In this document: in pieces, positions 63,835-64,000 of the stretch
Layout: each line of letters starts with the position of its first letter
Position numbering within the stretch: position 1 is the stretch's first letter
Source of the DNA: Thermoplasmata archaeon
GTDB lineage: Archaea > Thermoplasmatota > Thermoplasmata > Lutacidiplasmatales > UBA184
Direction of reading: 5' to 3'
DNA: 64,000 nt
Assembly: GCA_035501555.1 (NCBI GenBank)
Contig: DATJWA010000016.1
Coordinates: forward strand, 44,316-108,315
Notes under the pieces: generated by a model
Databases searched by the model: none
What the model was told of the DNA's origin: nothing
Seen by the model: only the letters and a program-made list of their open reading frames with translations
Program-made: the position numbers and the translations under genes

Positions 63835-64000
63835 ATGGGAGACAGCGGTTCGTCCCCCCGGGTCAGCGCGGTGGTCACCGCCCACACCCGAACGACGTTC
63901 CTCTCGGCGGCCGTACAGTCCGCGCTCGAAAGCGGCGCGGACGAGGTGGTCGTCGTGCGGAACTTTGCCGGTCCGATCCCCGGCTGCGAGGGGCAGTACC
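63835..64000 (+). CDS. Probable family-2 glycosyltransferase, N-terminal fragment (continues beyond the window)
   Basis: My translation from ATG 63835 gives MGDSGSSPRVSAVVTAHTRTTFLSAAVQSALESGADEVVVVRNF... This resembles the GT2 start (xVSVVIPTYNRxxxLxxxLxSL). Only 55 codons are visible. Confidence 0.4.
   Translation, partial: MGDSGSSPRVSAVVTAHTRTTFLSAAVQSALESGADEVVVVRNFAGPIPGCEGQY

Overview
This is a very GC-rich archaeal chromosomal segment. Archaeal markers include GatD/GatE, the FtsZ-SecE-Spt5-L11 cluster, Orc1/Cdc6, Hel308, MptE, and isolated TATA-like octamers about 26 nt upstream of many start codons, which implies mostly leaderless mRNAs. I cannot place the lineage more precisely from sequence alone.

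Gene content, left to right:
- 1-10218: a starch/maltodextrin locus with two ABC permeases, a 2219-aa membrane-anchored GH57 amylopullulanase-like protein and a MalE-like binding protein.
- 10323-12857: an EamA transporter, a MOSC protein and a GNAT.
- 12873-17336: a tightly coupled three-gene operon of unknown function plus a divergent zinc-ribbon membrane protein.
- 17402-22671: an RCK potassium-channel homolog, a DEAD-box helicase, small zinc-finger proteins and OsmC.
- 23014-26696: a membrane protein, an SSB-like OB-fold protein, a PD-(D/E)XK nuclease, a GNAT and an IS630-like insertion sequence flanked by TA.
- 26948-36113: TauE, a prenyltransferase-like protein, a class III adenylate cyclase-TPR protein, a YcaQ/AlkZ-like glycosylase, an Lrp-like regulator and a secreted beta-helix protein.
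- 36254-42802: an accessory islet abutting an intron-containing tRNA-Arg(GCG).
- 42936-64000: housekeeping genes, namely gatDE, a HAD phosphatase, L11, an extended Spt5, SecE, FtsZ, MptE, a GT-C membrane glycosyltransferase, an IDH-family dehydrogenase, MscS, an Orc1/Cdc6 paralog, Hel308, an acyl-CoA dehydrogenase, NFACT/RqcH, a Zn-finger protein and a partial GT2.

The most unusual signal is in the islet. It is bounded and subdivided by direct copies of the tRNA 3' end, three of which sit inside a conserved ~135-bp element placed upstream of single small secreted-protein genes. I found no recombinase there.

Many long ORFs in the supplied track are antisense or off-frame shadows typical of high-GC DNA and were not called. 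No CRISPR array or rRNA was seen.
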